From IMG/VR virus record IMGVR_UViG_3300031994_000046, positions 1 to 64,000 of that record: a stretch of DNA of 64,000 bases. One strand, given 5' to 3'. This DNA is from a virus. Lineage: Duplodnaviria; Caudoviricetes. Under the pieces are notes generated by a model. That model was not told the DNA's origin. It did not search any database and was given only the letters and a program-made list of their open reading frames with translations. A program made the position numbers and the translations under genes. The number at the start of each line of letters is the position of its first letter. Position 1 is the first letter of the stretch. Shown piece after piece: positions 61,364 through 64,000 of the stretch.

Positions 61364-63520
61364 ATGGGATTTTTAACTCAACTTGGAAAAACAGTAGCTA
61401 ACGCAGCTAAAGAAGAAATAAGAGGTGGTATTGTGTCAGGATTTCTAAAAGGTACTGGTAGAAATTCTGCAAATGGTATGGTTAACTATAATGATTATGA
61501 GTATGATGCCAATGGTAGAATAAAAGGAATCAATAAAAGTGCAGTTCAAGAAATAAGTGCAAAATATGGAGGGGATGATGGAAATGGTTATTATTCATCA
61601 GGTTCCGGTTTAGTAAATGTAGAATCTAGAAAAAACTTATCTCCAAATACAGTTAATACATTTGGTACTACATTAATTCCTAATGAAAAAAGTTCAAAAA
61701 ATAAATATTCACAATTAACTGGTGATAATACTTTTGGTAAAAGCACGGAAAAAAAATTCGTACCTCCAGAATGGGATAAACCAATAACTCAAGGTGGTAA
61801 GTTGAAAGAAGGTACAGGAAAAGATGTAGAATTAGGTTCAAAATTACAAAAAATAAATTTGAATGAAAATTTACCTGCATTAGAAGATAACTTTGGTAAT
61901 GATACATATAAATTAAAGTTACCTTCATGGGGTTATGAAGACTTCATTAATGAACGTGCTATTTGGCAGAAACAGATAGGTAGTGCATTCAATGATCCTG
62001 CTTGGTTTTATTTTAAATTATTCTTTGATTTTGATACTGGACATGGTCTTTTAGGTGGACTACTTAATAGAGATAATTTTAAAAACAGTACAAACACTGC
62101 AGCAAAATATCTTTATTATTGTAAAGATATGTATAGAGATGAAAACACAGAAAAAAGAATTACTGCATTATATAAATTCGCTTCTATATTAAGTTATATA
62201 TGTTCTAATGCTCCATGGTTCTTCAAAGGTGTAAAAGGAATGGATAAACTATCAATTCCTTCAATTAAAGAATATTCTCAAGAACGTTCAATAGAGATTG
62301 AATTAGCACCTGATGCTATAGATATGCGTCTTACAACATTGATGTCTTTATATAAATATGCATGTTACGATGACTATAATCATAAAGAAGTGATTCCTGA
62401 AAACTTGCGTAAGTTCAATATGTCTATAGTTGTCTTTCAAGCACCATTAAGATACTTACATACATCATTTACAACTAATAAGAAAGTGAATGCATTTGGT
62501 ATAGATGTAAATGGATTAGCTGGTGGATTAGGTGGTAAATTACTTAATAATGTTGATAAAGGTAAAATGAATTATAAGTCTATCAATAGTCAGAATTATG
62601 GAGATAGAATGTCATTTAAGATTTATACATTATATGGGTGTGAATTCGATATGGAGTCTTTTGCACAGATAATTCCAGGTGAAATGACAAATGAACAGCC
62701 ATTCCAGATGGGAAATACATCTATAAAGATCACATATACACATTGTGTTGAACATTCAATGAACGAATTCTATCAGATTATGTATGGATCTAACGGATTC
62801 TTCTTCAATAATTATTCAAACTACCAGAATAGTAATGATAATAAGATTCCTGAAGCAATACAAAAACAACAAGAAAGATACCAGACATTAAGAGATGTAT
62901 TAGAGAATGCGCATAGTGGTGGTACAGTACTTGGTATGTTCAATAAACCAACTTCTTACAAACAAGCTGTTGATGCTACTGAAGCTGTTATGAATGGTAT
63001 GTTTGAAAGTAATGATTTATTAGGAGACTTAGGAACAAACTATATATTAGGTCTTTTAGGATCTTCACAGAATACAGATGCTCCACAAGGAAATATATAT
63101 GGAGATGTTGGTATAGGATCTGCTTATTTCAAAGATAAGTTAGAAATGCTAAAGAATGGTGTTCATGAAAATACAATGCCACCTTATAAGTATGATCCTG
63201 AAAACAATCCTATATATGAAAGAGGTAGACCAGCAAATGAATATTCTGCATACGATTGGTATAATAAGAAAAACCAATTAAATAACTTCACATATGATAT
63301 TGGTTCTTATCTTAAACGTGGGGCTTCTAAAGCAGGTAGTGATACTAATGACAATATAAGAAAACTTGTACAATCTGGTTATAGTTCTTTATTTACTGAT
63401 AATGTAAAATCTGGAAATACTCGTGAACCATATAATTATCAGATTGAAAATTCAAAAGCTGACGAAAGCTGGCGACAACCAAATCCATGGTCAAATGAAA
63501 AAAAATACAACGACAAATAA
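61364..63520 (+). CDS. Virion protein, possibly tail-tube-fold baseplate subunit
   Basis: 718 aa; IEIE..DAIDMRLTTLMSLYKYACYD..IPENLRKFNMSI..YTLYGCEFD; late operon. Confidence 0.5.
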   Translation: MGFLTQLGKTVANAAKEEIRGGIVSGFLKGTGRNSANGMVNYNDYEYDANGRIKGINKSAVQEISAKYGGDDGNGYYSSGSGLVNVESRKNLSPNTVNTFGTTLIPNEKSSKNKYSQLTGDNTFGKSTEKKFVPPEWDKPITQGGKLKEGTGKDVELGSKLQKINLNENLPALEDNFGNDTYKLKLPSWGYEDFINERAIWQKQIGSAFNDPAWFYFKLFFDFDTGHGLLGGLLNRDNFKNSTNTAAKYLYYCKDMYRDENTEKRITALYKFASILSYICSNAPWFFKGVKGMDKLSIPSIKEYSQERSIEIELAPDAIDMRLTTLMSLYKYACYDDYNHKEVIPENLRKFNMSIVVFQAPLRYLHTSFTTNKKVNAFGIDVNGLAGGLGGKLLNNVDKGKMNYKSINSQNYGDRMSFKIYTLYGCEFDMESFAQIIPGEMTNEQPFQMGNTSIKITYTHCVEHSMNEFYQIMYGSNGFFFNNYSNYQNSNDNKIPEAIQKQQERYQTLRDVLENAHSGGTVLGMFNKPTSYKQAVDATEAVMNGMFESNDLLGDLGTNYILGLLGSSQNTDAPQGNIYGDVGIGSAYFKDKLEMLKNGVHENTMPPYKYDPENNPIYERGRPANEYSAYDWYNKKNQLNNFTYDIGSYLKRGASKAGSDTNDNIRKLVQSGYSSLFTDNVKSGNTREPYNYQIENSKADESWRQPNPWSNEKKYNDK

Positions 63521-63521
63521 A

Positions 63522-63548
63522 AAAAGGAATTCTTAATGAATTCCTTTT
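63522..63548. terminator. Bidirectional intrinsic terminator
   Basis: aaaaggaattc-ttaat-gaattcctttt between convergent genes. Confidence 0.8.
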
Positions 63549-63553
63549 ATTTT

Positions 63554-63844
63554 TTAATGATTTTCTAATGCAGTAATTCGTTGTTCCAATTCTTTAATTC
63601 TAGACATTGGACATGCAATTTCCATTATGTTTCCATTACTATCTGAAAGCCATAATGATGCAGAATCTGGTATATCAATACCTTCATTTGTCTGAGGCAC
63701 AGATATTATTAATGAATTTGTAATAGTCAATGATTTGTTCTTATTCACTATAAAATTCATTATATCTGTTTCTGATGCATTAGCTATGACTACATTTAAT
63801 TGTTTTCCAAATGAATCTAATTTGTTTCCTATAGTAGTTTCCAT
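63554..63844 (-). CDS. Hypothetical (virion-associated?) protein
   Basis: 96 aa; ends ELEQRITALEN like fibre C-termini. Confidence 0.65.
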   Translation of the reverse strand: METTIGNKLDSFGKQLNVVIANASETDIMNFIVNKNKSLTITNSLIISVPQTNEGIDIPDSASLWLSDSNGNIMEIACPMSRIKELEQRITALENH

Positions 63845-63847
63845 ATA

Positions 63848-64000
63848 TTATTCTATTTTATATTTTGATAAATCAACTTCTTCTACAGTACCATCATCTC
63901 TATGATCTATGAATATCTTATTTACATATTTATCATATTCAATATGAACATCTTTACGAGCATTGACTAATGTTATCACTTTAATTAAATCATAATAATC
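63848..64000 (-). CDS. Hypothetical protein, 3' partial
   Basis: Open frame from window edge: DYYDLIKVITLVNARKDVHIEYDKYVNKIFIDHRDDGTVEEVDLSKYKIE*. Confidence 0.6.
   Translation of the reverse strand, partial: DYYDLIKVITLVNARKDVHIEYDKYVNKIFIDHRDDGTVEEVDLSKYKIE

Overview
Very AT-rich (roughly a quarter G+C by eye), densely coding fragment of a T4-superfamily jumbo/mega myophage. The host is probably Bacteroidales (Bacteroidales-type OmpA, no Shine-Dalgarno motifs). The gene content resembles Lak-like megaphages, but this window reads cleanly in code 11. Minus-strand early/middle blocks encode an IMPDH/GMP reductase, an atypical C5 DNA methyltransferase, OmpA, dUTPase, two NDT-fold proteins, a family B DNA polymerase, a SprT protease, a YkuK RNase H-like protein, an S1-domain protein, YqeY and a DEDDh exonuclease. 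Virion/late genes include a gp3-like protein, tape measure, gp2 DNA end protector, gp4 head completion nuclease, a GH73 lysin with a spanin-like partner, a collagen fibre, gp53, a hub-like protein and further large structural proteins. The main finding is a set of about 16 otherwise unrelated ORFs, mostly arrayed at 14.8-26.5 kb around gp2/gp4, that share a ~10-residue N-terminal peptide MKx(L/I/F)xxx(I/L/V)xE. This matches the T4 internal-protein capsid-targeting sequence and prohead-protease site, suggesting a large shuffled cassette of capsid-packaged, injected effectors. It includes two PD-(D/E)xK-like paralogues, a BspA LRR protein, a tag-only mini-ORF and deletion scars. Also notable: the polymerase frame lacks a canonical start, and an in-frame ATG is cut off by a TAA inside tandem hairpins. 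A structured RNA candidate lies upstream of the lysin. No tRNA, rRNA or CRISPR array was seen. Family assignments are by motif recognition only; no database search was run.
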